Below, piece by piece: positions 51,331-61,362 of a stretch of 64,000 nucleotides of DNA. Position 1 is the first letter of the stretch, and each line of letters opens with the position of its first letter. This DNA is from an uncultured Ruficoccus sp. (GTDB lineage Bacteria; Verrucomicrobiota; Verrucomicrobiia; Opitutales; Cerasicoccaceae): NCBI GenBank assembly GCA_965140785.1, contig OZ223496.1, positions 1 to 64,000 of the forward strand, written 5' to 3'. The notes beneath the pieces are model-generated. The model was not told the DNA's origin. It ran no database searches and saw nothing but the letters and a program-made list of their open reading frames with translations. The translations under genes and the position numbers were made by a program.

Positions 51331-52699
51331 TGTCTGAGCCTCCCGAAATTGGTCCATTGCTGATGAGATGATTTTCTGTCAAATGACAGATAATCGAGTA
51401 TGAAACGAGGAAGACGAAGCACCGAAGAGATCATCCGCATCCTTCGCGCGAGCGAAGGTCTAAACGTCGAGGATGCCTGCCGCGAGCACGGTATCAGCCC
51501 GGCGACGTACCATCGCTACAAGCGCCAGTATGGGGGGGTTGGATGTGAAGGAGGCACAGCGGCTACGGGACTTGGAGAAGGAGTTCACGAGCGTAGCGAG
51601 AAGGCCTGACACTCCGAGCTAAAGAAGCTGCTTGCCGACCATTTGCTCAAGACCAAAGCCCTTGAGATTGCGTTGGAAAAAAACGCCTGAGCCCGGATCA
51701 CCAGCGCGGGGCGGCCGCCAAGGTCGTCGCCGCGCTTCGGTGCTCCGGGAGACAAGTGTGCCGGTGGCTGGGCATTCATCGCTCAACCTATCGTTACCAA
51801 CCCAAGCCGCTACCCGAGAAGAAGCGGCTGCTGGAAGCCGAGATCGTGAAGATGAGCCAGCGTCATCCGACCTTGGGCTATCGCAAGATCACGCGCAAGC
51901 TTCGCGAGGCCGGTTGGAATGTGGGCAAGAAACTGGTGCAACGCGTACGTCGGCAGGAGGGCCTGCAAGTGCCTGCTCCTAAACCACGCACACGTCGTCA
52001 GGGCTTGTCGACAGGATTGCCGCAGCAGGCCACGCCCCGTAACCACGTCTGGGCCTGGGACTTGTTTTCTTGTGATCATGTCGCGCTTCGCGCTCGGTAG
52101 TCTCCGACCATACTCAGCGTGGCGGCGCCCTGCGCTGTTTTAACCTCATTGATGAGTTTACGCGTGAGTGTCATTGCATCCATGCGGATCGCTCCATCAA
52201 GGCCGATGATGTGCTCGCCGTGCTCAAGCAGGCGATCACCACCCACGGAGTTCCCGCGTATATCCGCTCCGATAACGGGCCCGAGTTTATCGCCAGACCG
52301 ATCAAGCGCTGGCTGGCCGACAATCAGATCAAGACCCTCTACATTGATCCGGGTTGCCCCTGGCACAATGGCGGACGGTGCGACCAGCCCGCCCGGCTAC
52401 GTCGAGTCCTTCAACAGCCGCTTCAGGCAGGAGTGCCTGGATCGTGAACTGCTCTACACCCTCAGCGAATCACGCGTCGTCTTTAATGATTGGCGCAGCT
52501 ACTACAACAACGAACGCCCTCATCGCTCTCTGGGCTTGCTCACACCGACCCAGTTTGCCAAACAACTAAACTCAGGTTCCGGCTCCGTTCGGCCTACGGC
52601 CTCTCTACGCCAGAACCTCCAAAAACAAACAAACCAACAACACAACCACCAGACCGGAAATCTCTCATAACATCCGGACCAAAACGTGGGACTCAGACA
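51331..52699 (+). mobile_element. IS3-family insertion sequence, inactivated
   Basis: IRs TGTCTGAGCCTCCCGAAATTGGTCC / TGTCTGAGTCCCACGTTTTGGTCC; orfA HTH from 51400; A7 -1 slippage site at 51677-51683; orfB WAWD, IRSDNGPEFI, VESFN, YNNERPHRSLG; no clear target duplication. Confidence 0.92.
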
Positions 52700-52704
52700 C
52701 AAGC

Positions 52705-52884
52705 TCAACCTGGCTCAGGTATAGCGTGGCCGCCGGACGGGAAATCCCTAAAATTTTCCTTGAACAGGATGGCGTCCCTCGTGTTGGCCAGTCGGTCGAT
52801 ACTGGGCGTTCGCACGGCCGGATTTTCGCAGCAGCCGACAAAGCTATCGTGCATTATATCGGGGTTGACGAAAATGAAGTTCAT
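52705..52884 (-). pseudogene. N-terminal remnant of a sulfatase
   Basis: MNFIFVNPD...VGCCENPAVRTPSIDRLA resembles a sulfatase N-terminus; ATGA-coupled to the PL8 stop; ends next to the IS. Confidence 0.6.
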
Positions 52885-55109
52885 TGTTGTTTCTCCGCTG
52901 TGAAAAAGGAGCCGACTTGCACCGTTGATCCGGCGTACGGAGCCTGCGGCAGTTCGACCGTTCGCTTGAGTGTCTCGTTCTGCCATGTCATTTCAAGAAT
53001 CAGTCGCTTTTGCCGCTGCGAGGGATCGGCAACCCAGAGGTGAACGTTCTCGTTTTCATCAATCCTGGCGATGATCGCGCAAGCGATATCGGTTTTAATC
53101 CTGAGCGGAAAATCAGCCGCTTCCAGCTCCCCAGGCTCGTAGAAGGCGGCACCCACCCACCGCTTCTGGGAGAGCCATACCGCCTGCAAGGCGGGTGTGT
53201 TAGCGATGATGTCCACTTGCTCGTCAAAAAGGTTTTCGGCTGCGGTGCCCGGCCCCGAGGGACGGACGGCGTAGGCATACTGACTGTTACCAGGGTGGGA
53301 GCCGTGATCGATCCAGAGCGTGAATATTTCGCCCGAAACAGGTGTATCGCTCTGGACCTGGGAAATCTCCCGCCAACTCGAGGAGCGCTGCTCACTGAAA
53401 TAACGAACCGGGTCATTCTCCGGTAACAAGCTATAGCTCAAGGCACCCTGCTCGATGACACCGCCTTGCGGCAGAGTCACTGGCTCTGCGGCCTCCACCG
53501 TTTCCGTGTCGACGGTTACGTCCCCGTTGGCGTAGCACTGGTTGATCGTCGTGTAGACGGGATCATCTCCGGTATAGTTGATACCGGTGCCGAGTGCAAC
53601 CATGAGCCCGTCCGGAAAAAACCAGCCTTTGCGGGCGGACAGATCTCCGCGCTTGAAATCCGCTGCGAAGAGGCCGCTCTCGCCAGTGCTAACACCCCCG
53701 ACGAAGCGGGTTTTGCCCTTGCGTGAGATCACTTTGTTATCCAGCGGAAGTTTCCCGTCCTGAACAATCGTTGTGCCCGGCAACTGCTGCCAGTTCCAAA
53801 GGGGGGCGATACTGACGCTGTTCGTGAAGTACTCCGTGCCGTCGCGCATAAGCATTGTCATGCCGTCTCCCAGGTGGTGTCCCTTGGTGCTCTCCCCGTT
53901 GTGAGCCTTGTCGGTGCTCAGGGTACGGCTGGAGTTCAGGCGGACGGAGGCGTACCAGTCCTGCTCGCGGTTCACCATGATATCGCTGACCCAAAACATG
54001 CGGTTGCCGACCAGCGCGGGCTCGTTGGGCGAGGCTTCGTTGTTCATGCGTTTCCTAAAGTCCACCAGCTCGCCGTGCCGGGGAGTCTCCACCTGGAGCA
54101 TGAAGTTCAGGGGGGCGTCCATCAGGGCCGCTCCGGTATTGCGAGCGATGGAACGTCCCCGCGCATTCAGGTCCACCGCGCCGCCCCAGATCAGCCATTG
54201 CTGGTGGTTGAGCATATAGTCCTCGATCAGGCTCACGCTGGCGTCTGGAAAAGCGTACCTCGTCCCCTGCGTCCAGACGAACCACATCCCGGACCATCGC
54301 GGAAGGCCCTGTCCATAGGAAAGGGTCGCGAGCAGAGGGCCGTGCATCTGGAAACTGTAATCGTGTTGCACCCCTTCCCTGGTCGTCATCCGCATTTCCT
54401 GACTAAAAGTTCGTAGCATGTAGTTAACCAGATCCAGATCATCAAGGAGCAGGCCGAGCATAATCATCGCCTCACACCGCCATATCTTGTTCTGGGAGGT
54501 GTTCATGACCCTTTCCACCCGGAAGTCGGCGGGCCGAACCATCTCCTCGACCAGGCGGATGTCCTCGGCAGTCAGGCCGTCCTGTAGAATAAGTGCCACC
54601 GCCGCCGTATCCCGGGGCTGCTTGATTAGCTTCACATACTTATGCTGGATATCGGGGTGTTTGCGAATCCAGTACCGCAGAGCGCGCAGGCTGGCCTCCC
54701 GTAGCGCGCGTGCTTTTTCCTCGTCCCCCTGCCGACGTGCTGCCAGGGAGGAGACGGCCATCTTGCGCACGCGCTCCATGTGCACGGCTGATTGGCGGAC
54801 GGCTGTGGGGGAAAATGTGTAGTCATTCCAGTTACCTTGCTCGTCCAGGCGGGAGGCCAGGTCCACCGCAGTTGCGATGTCGGCTTCCCGCTCGACCAAG
54901 GTGTTCAGGATGCGATTGATAACCACCTGCTCGTCGTCGAGGTTTTTGCCTGAACCCCGTATCGAATAATTCGGTACAGGGGCGGAATTTTCCGTTGGTG
55001 GTGATGTCGTCTCCGTGACTGAGCGCTCCTGCTTGCATCCGAACAGAAGGCAAAAAGCGAGTAAGATCAGAATTCCTGGCACGTTTGCGCCTATGGTATG
55101 TTTATTCAT
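52881..55109 (-). CDS. Polysaccharide lyase family 8 (chondroitin AC/hyaluronate lyase-like) lipoprotein
   Basis: Lipobox LLFGC; EGVQHDYSFQMHG...SYG, NGES..GHHLGDG, WNWQQLPGTT, FVGGVS, IDHG. Confidence 0.88.
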   Translation of the reverse strand: MNKHTIGANVPGILILLAFCLLFGCKQERSVTETTSPPTENSAPVPNYSIRGSGKNLDDEQVVINRILNTLVEREADIATAVDLASRLDEQGNWNDYTFSPTAVRQSAVHMERVRKMAVSSLAARRQGDEEKARALREASLRALRYWIRKHPDIQHKYVKLIKQPRDTAAVALILQDGLTAEDIRLVEEMVRPADFRVERVMNTSQNKIWRCEAMIMLGLLLDDLDLVNYMLRTFSQEMRMTTREGVQHDYSFQMHGPLLATLSYGQGLPRWSGMWFVWTQGTRYAFPDASVSLIEDYMLNHQQWLIWGGAVDLNARGRSIARNTGAALMDAPLNFMLQVETPRHGELVDFRKRMNNEASPNEPALVGNRMFWVSDIMVNREQDWYASVRLNSSRTLSTDKAHNGESTKGHHLGDGMTMLMRDGTEYFTNSVSIAPLWNWQQLPGTTIVQDGKLPLDNKVISRKGKTRFVGGVSTGESGLFAADFKRGDLSARKGWFFPDGLMVALGTGINYTGDDPVYTTINQCYANGDVTVDTETVEAAEPVTLPQGGVIEQGALSYSLLPENDPVRYFSEQRSSSWREISQVQSDTPVSGEIFTLWIDHGSHPGNSQYAYAVRPSGPGTAAENLFDEQVDIIANTPALQAVWLSQKRWVGAAFYEPGELEAADFPLRIKTDIACAIIARIDENENVHLWVADPSQRQKRLILEMTWQNETLKRTVELPQAPYAGSTVQVGSFFTAEKQQ

Positions 55110-56842
55110 GATCGGTCCCTTTTTCTTTTTTCAACCCCCAAGAGAACAAGCCCCCGCAGATACCCGCGACTAAAACGATGAGTACGCTAAGGGATATGAT
55201 TGAACGGGCGTCTTTGCAGATAAAAAAGAGCGGCGTCATGCAAAGCCCCAGTGCCAGTCCGAAGCCACCAATGACTCGGGCCTGTTGTCTGTCGTTGCCC
55301 TGCCCGACCTCCCGAGCGAAATCAATCGGTGTTCGCAGCATCGTGAAGAAAGCGTTGATACGTGCGCGCTCCTTGTCGGGACTTTTATTCCAGAATATCC
55401 GCCCCACGAAAAATCCTGTCACACTCATAACGCTGACCCCCAACGCACGCTCTTGGTAGTTCAAGGATTCCTGGCCGAGAAAGGGTGCCAACAGCGAATA
55501 GAGACTGACGGCAAAGCCCAGGCCCATACTGCTGAAAGCCGCCCAGCTTGGTGTCTTGCGATAGATCATCCCCAGCAGCAAGGGGATCGCCAGTGGGAGA
55601 TGAAGCAAAGTAGAGATGATCAAAAGCAGTTCGAAAACGCCGAACGTCCCGAGATTATGATAAAGGAGTGCCAGCAGAATAGAGAAGATCCCGAACAGCA
55701 GGGAAAATATCCGTCCGACACGAACCTCCTCATGGGCACCCAGGCGTTTTTTTTCCGCGCAGGTCGATGATGAAGGGAATGATATTTCTCACGACGATCC
55801 CCGCCGAACGATTGATGCCCGTGTCCATCGAGCTCATGGTAGCTGCCAGCATAGCGACACCCATCAGGCCAAGAAGCTGTGGCGGCAGCCAATGTCTGGC
55901 TGCGACGGCATAGGCGGACTCGGCCGGCGTCACACCGCCGGCGGCTTGCACTTCGTTCCCCAACGCCAGGGCCGACCCCCAGGCCGGGATAAAGATGATG
56001 ACCGGAAAGAGCAGCATCAGCACCAATACCAGACAAGCTGATTTGACCGCTGTCCTGTCGTCCTTCACGGCCAGGAAGCGGACAGACCCTTCGACCGAAC
56101 ATAGCATAATCACCGTGATGGTCATCTGGGCCATCGCCCAGCCAAGGGTGAATTTATCGTCCACGAACGCGCCTGCCGGTTTAAAAAAAGAGTAATCGCT
56201 GGTCGCCGAATGCGTGCTCAGTTCATGGAAAAAACTGGAGGGCCCACCGAAATCGATAAGCACCAGGCTCGAGAGTAGAATCACAATGGAGAAAATGATC
56301 AGGCTCTGGACAAAGTCACTCGCCATGACAGCCCAACTCCCCCCCGAGCAGGCCATCAGCGTGACCACCGCCCCCACCACGACGATGACCAGATTGATGT
56401 CCAGGTCGAAAGCCGATGCGGTAAAGATCCCCATCCCCCACAGCCAGATCCCGGCATGCAGGACGGCGGAGGGTACTTTTATCCATGAATAGACCTGTTG
56501 TGCACCCGTGCCGAATCGCTCTTGAATAATTTCCGGAAGCGTAGCTTTGCGGGTACGCCGGTAACGCTTGGCAAAGTAGATAATCTGACAAAAGGCCCCC
56601 AGCGCGCCAGCCCAGTACACCAGCAGCACAGTCCAGCCCGCGCGGTAGGCCACTCCGCCATTAGCGGTGAAGGTATTGGCACTGAGTCCGGCCATGAAAA
56701 CGCTCATGCCCACCAGCCACCAACTACCCTTGGCCCCGCTTTTGAAAAAATCGTCACCACTTTTGTTCAGGCGAGAGAACGCCAGGCCGATGGCAACCAT
56801 GATGATGAGATAAGCAAGTACGATGAAGATTTCTATGCGCAT
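55102..56842 (-). pseudogene. Sodium:solute symporter (SSS), frameshifted at the A8 run 55747-55754
   Basis: DDFFKSG..GSWWLVGMS, GGSWAVMASDFVQ, AATMSSMD; continues as RLGAHEEVRVGR...IISTLLHLP into ORF 55102-55623 if one A is removed. Confidence 0.85.
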
Positions 56843-56942
56843 GAACGAACTGTGAGATTAAAAGGGTGGATGTTGAAATGACCGGCTGCGCAGATGCTCC
56901 GCCTGAGCGGATGGCGTATGAGAACCAGGACCGGAAACGCTA

Positions 56943-57104
56943 AGTCGTGTACGCAAACCTCGGAGCGAGTCGCTGACGCTGAATTTGAAGCGATCATTTC
57001 GGGCTCTGAGCCGAGGCAATCTTGAGAATTGTCGAGGTGAAGACACGAAATTAGCGCCCAAATCGCAGCGAAGAGACGACGTGAGTAGGTTTGCGTACAC
57101 GACC
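56943..57104. mobile_element. 162-bp MITE
   Basis: 18-bp TIRs (17/18) RGTCGTGTACGCAAACCT, flanked by TA on both sides within C-TA...TA-G. Confidence 0.8.
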
Positions 57105-57125
57105 TAGAGCCTAAATGGGCATTCA

Positions 57126-58124
57126 TCAGGCGAGGATCAGGGATGCTTCGTGGTTGATCGACCAGCGTAGCCTTTCCCCGGCGACGTAACGCTGTAATTC
57201 CTCACTCATATACTGTCCCAAGCGGCGGCGCTCCCCGTGCTTGGCACCGGCGATATGCGGGGTCAGAAAGACGTTCGGAAGATGGAAAAGGGCTGAATGC
57301 GGATCCGGGGGTTCCGGGTCAACGACATCCAGCACAACCGTCAAATCGGGACGGCCTTTCAAAACCTCGATCATTTCATCCTGTTGCACGATCGCCCCGC
57401 GCGCCGTGTTAATAAAGCTGGCGCCGTGCTTCATCATGGCGAAGTGTTCACCGCGGATCATTCCTGTTGTTTGCGACAATAAGGGGGCATGAAGGGAAAC
57501 GCAATCGCAAGTGCGGAAGATCGTCTCGACCGAGGCCGGAGTGACGCCCTGCTCCTGTTCGACCGCTGTAAAAGGACGAATGTCGTAGGCCAGGACCTCC
57601 AGATCAAAGCCCCGCAGCAGATGGCAAACCCGCCGACCAATCATCCCGAGCGAGATGAGCCCCACCTTACTGCCGTAGGCACCGATGCCCTGCCGTTTGC
57701 CTCGCCACAGACCGACATCCCCAGTCATGCATTGGCGTGAGAGCTGCCAGCCGTTTTTCAGGCAAAACAATATCTGTGAGAGCGTGAATTCGGCCACCGG
57801 GATGGCATTGGCCGCGTAGGCGCTGGATACGCCGATGCCACGCTGCCAGGCGGCATCCGTCATCATATCTTTCACTGATCCGGCTGCGTGAAAAATGTAC
57901 TTCAGGCGCGGGGCCGCCGCGAGAAATTCCTCGTCGAGATACGGCGGTCCCCAACTGGAGAAGATGACTTCCACCTCAGCCAGTCGGTCTTTATGCTGTC
58001 GCCAGGTATTGCGTTCCAACCGCTCACCGGTCAACTCCACGTATCGGGTGATTGCTTCGATTTCGACTTCGCCGTAAACAAGCCCCTCCACTTTGGAAGT
58101 ATAAAAAAACAGTCCTTTCAGCAT
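57126..58124 (-). CDS. D-isomer specific 2-hydroxyacid dehydrogenase
   Basis: HAAGSVK, NAIPVAEF, SLGMIG, SLHAP, FINTARG, LDV..PEP, LTPHIAG. Confidence 0.93.
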   Translation of the reverse strand: MLKGLFFYTSKVEGLVYGEVEIEAITRYVELTGERLERNTWRQHKDRLAEVEVIFSSWGPPYLDEEFLAAAPRLKYIFHAAGSVKDMMTDAAWQRGIGVSSAYAANAIPVAEFTLSQILFCLKNGWQLSRQCMTGDVGLWRGKRQGIGAYGSKVGLISLGMIGRRVCHLLRGFDLEVLAYDIRPFTAVEQEQGVTPASVETIFRTCDCVSLHAPLLSQTTGMIRGEHFAMMKHGASFINTARGAIVQQDEMIEVLKGRPDLTVVLDVVDPEPPDPHSALFHLPNVFLTPHIAGAKHGERRRLGQYMSEELQRYVAGERLRWSINHEASLILA

Positions 58125-58259
58125 TTTCTAAATTCTTAATTCTCTGTTCCGTAAAAATTCGACCAGGTGATGCTTATCCTATCCGCCAATCCCAGAAAGC
58201 ATTGCAACCTGGACGAGTGGCATGACGGTAACATAGGGGTGCTCACTGCGGTCCGCTCC

Positions 58260-58985
58260 TTATTCATTTCCATCCACCGTCCAGTTTTTGCGATCAGGAA
58301 AAACGTCGGAGCTGAAGGCGGAGCCATCGAAGCGGATGAAGTTCGCGCTCCCGTCATAGGAAGCCCTGATCGGTATACCCGGATAACCTTCCCCGAGCAT
58401 TGGTTGGCCGCCGAAATCGGCGACGCTTGTGCCGAGGTGCCAGTTGGTTCCATCGGCGCTGGCAAAGACGATGGAAGTGCTGGTGATGTCGCTTAGTTTG
58501 GGGTTACCTATGCGGCTGCCATCCCCTTTCAGGGGGCCCCGGTAGCCGCTGGAGAAATAGGTACCAGCCACCAGATAGTTGATGGCGTAGCCAATCTTTT
58601 TTCTGTCCTCGACATAGACATCATAGCTGGGTCCGGGTGACAGCACCGTATTTTCTGGAAGTGTATCGTAGTCCAGAAACATTGAATACTGATTCTCCGG
58701 AAAAGTGAGCGAAAGATATTTCGAAAGCTTGCCAGGCCAATGGCGTTGATAACGCTGGCCCTCATTGGTCGAGCCCGGCACCGGTTCGTTGTTGTTGTCT
58801 TGAGAGGCGAGCATCCAGGCCGAGTGAATTTGACGAAGATTGGCGACGTCGCGGGAGGAGGCGAGCCGAACGCGCACACCGCTCAAGGCGGGTATAACTA
58901 TCGCAAGCAGTATCGCGATGACGGCAACAACAACAAGCAATTCAGTAAGACTGAATGCCGGTTTGCGGGGAGGGCTTGGCAACAT
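58260..58985 (-). CDS. Prepilin-type N-terminal cleavage/methylation protein with C-terminal X9-DG motif
   Basis: A|FSLTELLVVVAVIAIL..IPAL, NLRQI, YAIN, Y-DGSANFIRF-DG. Confidence 0.88.
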   Translation of the reverse strand: MLPSPPRKPAFSLTELLVVVAVIAILLAIVIPALSGVRVRLASSRDVANLRQIHSAWMLASQDNNNEPVPGSTNEGQRYQRHWPGKLSKYLSLTFPENQYSMFLDYDTLPENTVLSPGPSYDVYVEDRKKIGYAINYLVAGTYFSSGYRGPLKGDGSRIGNPKLSDITSTSIVFASADGTNWHLGTSVADFGGQPMLGEGYPGIPIRASYDGSANFIRFDGSAFSSDVFPDRKNWTVDGNE

Positions 58986-59030
58986 GAACAGCAATCTGAT
59001 TTATAGCTTTCAGACCTGCAATCCCGGTGG

Positions 59031-59160
59031 CGTGCAAAGGTTGCGCAGAAACGTACGTGCCTGCTTTTCAATCCGTTTTATTACCAGGTTTTCTGAGGCA
59101 GCGATGCGAAAGACCTTAGCGGCCACGACTTTACGCATTGCGACGTGCAACCTTTGCGCA
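59031..59160. promoter_or_regulatory. Two palindromic operator-like sites in the divergent promoter
   Basis: CGTGCAAAGGTTGCGCA (59031-59047) and CGTGCAACCTTTGCGCA (59144-59160). Confidence 0.6.
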
Positions 59161-59257
59161 CCGGCACTCTTGATGGTACTATCGCCCTGACCTACCGTTT
59201 CGATTGGATGCAACTTATCCGCTCACCCTCGAACACAATCATTACTAATAATCATTA

Positions 59258-60148
59258 ATGACAATGAGAACCACTACCCTCACCGCTATCGTATTTACCG
59301 TGGCCTGTGCCACACAGGCTGACACCGTTACTCAAATTGGTGATAACGATACAACCGGCCAGAATTGGAACGACACCGGAGCCGACTGGAGTAATGAAGA
59401 GCCAGCCAGCCCTGGCAACGACTATATCTCCTCCGGAGGCTTCATCCTGCGTACGACCTATCTGGTCAACTCAACCTTCGCCGGCGATTCCCTGACTGTC
59501 GAGAATGGAAGCACGTTGCAGTTGCGTCAGGGCGTGGGTAACACTTCCACCGTTTCAAATCTCATTCTTAACGACGGAGCGATAATTGCCCAGGCCAGCG
59601 GCAACGGTGTCCTCACCCTGGATGGAGGAACCCTCACCGTTGGTACCGGAACCGCAGATCTCACCGTCGACAACAACCGTGGCATCATGCTTGAGTTCGA
59701 CTCACTCGCGGGGGACGGATTACTAAAATTCAACCGCAGCGGCACAGGCGCAGACATCTCCGACAATTCAATCAGTATCGATGACGCTTCCTCTTTTACC
59801 GGCACGATACAAGTTTCCTTCGGAGATCTCGAGTTTTCCGCTTCGGGCACGGGCGATTACAACCAGGCGGAATTTATTATTAATAATAGCGCCTATGCAA
59901 CAGCCACGATAACGCTCAGTCGTAGCATTACTGTCAGTTCACTGTATTTCACCGACACCGAAACATACGTGGACCCGGGAACATATACCACGACCGAGTT
60001 GAATGCTATTTCCGGCGAAAGCACTTTCAGCGGAGTGGGAACCCTGACGCTCATTCCTGAACCGCGTGAGATGTCTCTTTGGTGCGGCGGGCTGGTTTTG
60101 GGAATGATCGTGCTTCAGGTGCGCCGCCGCATGCATCCGAAGGGATAG
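59258..60148 (+). CDS. PEP-CTERM sorting-domain surface protein
   Basis: Signal peptide, Thr/Gly/Asn-rich beta-strand body, IPEP + TM + RRR tail. Confidence 0.9.
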   Translation: MTMRTTTLTAIVFTVACATQADTVTQIGDNDTTGQNWNDTGADWSNEEPASPGNDYISSGGFILRTTYLVNSTFAGDSLTVENGSTLQLRQGVGNTSTVSNLILNDGAIIAQASGNGVLTLDGGTLTVGTGTADLTVDNNRGIMLEFDSLAGDGLLKFNRSGTGADISDNSISIDDASSFTGTIQVSFGDLEFSASGTGDYNQAEFIINNSAYATATITLSRSITVSSLYFTDTETYVDPGTYTTTELNAISGESTFSGVGTLTLIPEPREMSLWCGGLVLGMIVLQVRRRMHPKG

Positions 60149-60173
60149 CCCGGCTTGCATCCGGTATTTAACG

Positions 60174-60200
60174 AGCCTGCCCGTTTGGGCGGGCTTTTTT
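60174..60200 (+). terminator. Rho-independent terminator
   Basis: AGCCTGCCC-GTTT-GGGCGGGCT followed by a T-run. Confidence 0.8.
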
Positions 60201-61269
60201 ATTTTCCGGATTTCCTCGAAGACGTTTTTCTCCCGGATAGGGCAGGCATCGTATCCCCTTCCTTCCAAACGGGCTTGATCCGGACGACTTTCTCGGAAGA
60301 CAAAGTCGGTTTGATGCCCTCAATTTGATCGATCACTGCCAGTACGGATTCATAGGCGATCCTTTCGACATCGATCTGGGGAGCAGTGATGCGCTTCTCC
60401 AAAAAAGTGAAGTTTGTTCCGACGTAGGCGATGTCCGCGGGGATTTTCAGACCGAGATTTTCTTTCAGTACCCACAGAATCCTGTGGTACGGCGAAATAA
60501 TGATATCTGGTTTGTAGCGCCTGATCCATTGCTGGAGTTTTCGGGCCAGATAGGTGCTGTCCATGCTGTCGGGTTCCAGCATCGGGATTTTGTCAAAGGC
60601 CTTCAGGTATGACATGTAGTAGTAGTAGCATCCGATGTAGCGGGGCTCATAATGGCTTTCACGGTCGACACGGACGATTACGCCGGGTCGCTTGTACCCC
60701 CGGTTTTTGGCTTGCTCGAAAATTTGGTGATAAGCGCTGGAGTAGTCGGAGTCGATGACTGTCACCGCATTGTCCAACGGTGTGGCCCGAACGCTGACAA
60801 GGGGGAATGAAAAGAGGCTCTGAGGGATGGCGTAGGGGATATGAGCCATATCACCCGCTCCCAGCATCAAACCGCTGACTCCCCGGGCCTTGAGAACCCG
60901 TATGAGCGCGGGAATGCTGTCAGGCAAGCGGTCGGTGTGCTTGAAGAGGCAGGATATATGCATCTCCTTGCAGATACGGGAAATCGCCTGCACTAGGCAG
61001 TCCCCTTCGGGGTTTTCAAAACGGCTTCCGGATATACCGAGTTCGCCGGGCCACCAGTAGGCGATGTTGTAGTGGATGGAGTTTGCACCGCTACGGAGGC
61101 TGCGCATGGCCTGGGAGAGCAGATGGTCGGGTCGGTAGCCGATCTTGCGGGCCTCGGCCAAGACCTTCTCCCTCATGGCCAAGCTGATCCGGGGATTGTT
61201 TTTGAGCGCGCGCGACACCGTAGAAACGGAAACCGCAAGCGTCGTGGCAATTTGCTGAATCTTGCTCAT
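60199..61269 (-). CDS. LacI family transcriptional regulator
   Basis: IQQIA..LAVSVSTVSRALKNNPRIS...GYRPD, IPADIA. Confidence 0.92.
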   Translation of the reverse strand: MSKIQQIATTLAVSVSTVSRALKNNPRISLAMREKVLAEARKIGYRPDHLLSQAMRSLRSGANSIHYNIAYWWPGELGISGSRFENPEGDCLVQAISRICKEMHISCLFKHTDRLPDSIPALIRVLKARGVSGLMLGAGDMAHIPYAIPQSLFSFPLVSVRATPLDNAVTVIDSDYSSAYHQIFEQAKNRGYKRPGVIVRVDRESHYEPRYIGCYYYYMSYLKAFDKIPMLEPDSMDSTYLARKLQQWIRRYKPDIIISPYHRILWVLKENLGLKIPADIAYVGTNFTFLEKRITAPQIDVERIAYESVLAVIDQIEGIKPTLSSEKVVRIKPVWKEGDTMPALSGRKTSSRKSGK

Positions 61270-61362
61270 GTGCTGGGCAGGGAATTATCTACTGCAATCC
61301 CCTTGAAATCAATGGCCTTTCCGAGGATAGCACACGAGAGCCGTCTCGTTTTAACTTCCCTG

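Noticed and set aside
51677..51683. A7 frameshift in the IS as a novelty
   Set aside because: Standard programmed -1 orfA/orfB slippage site of IS3-family elements.
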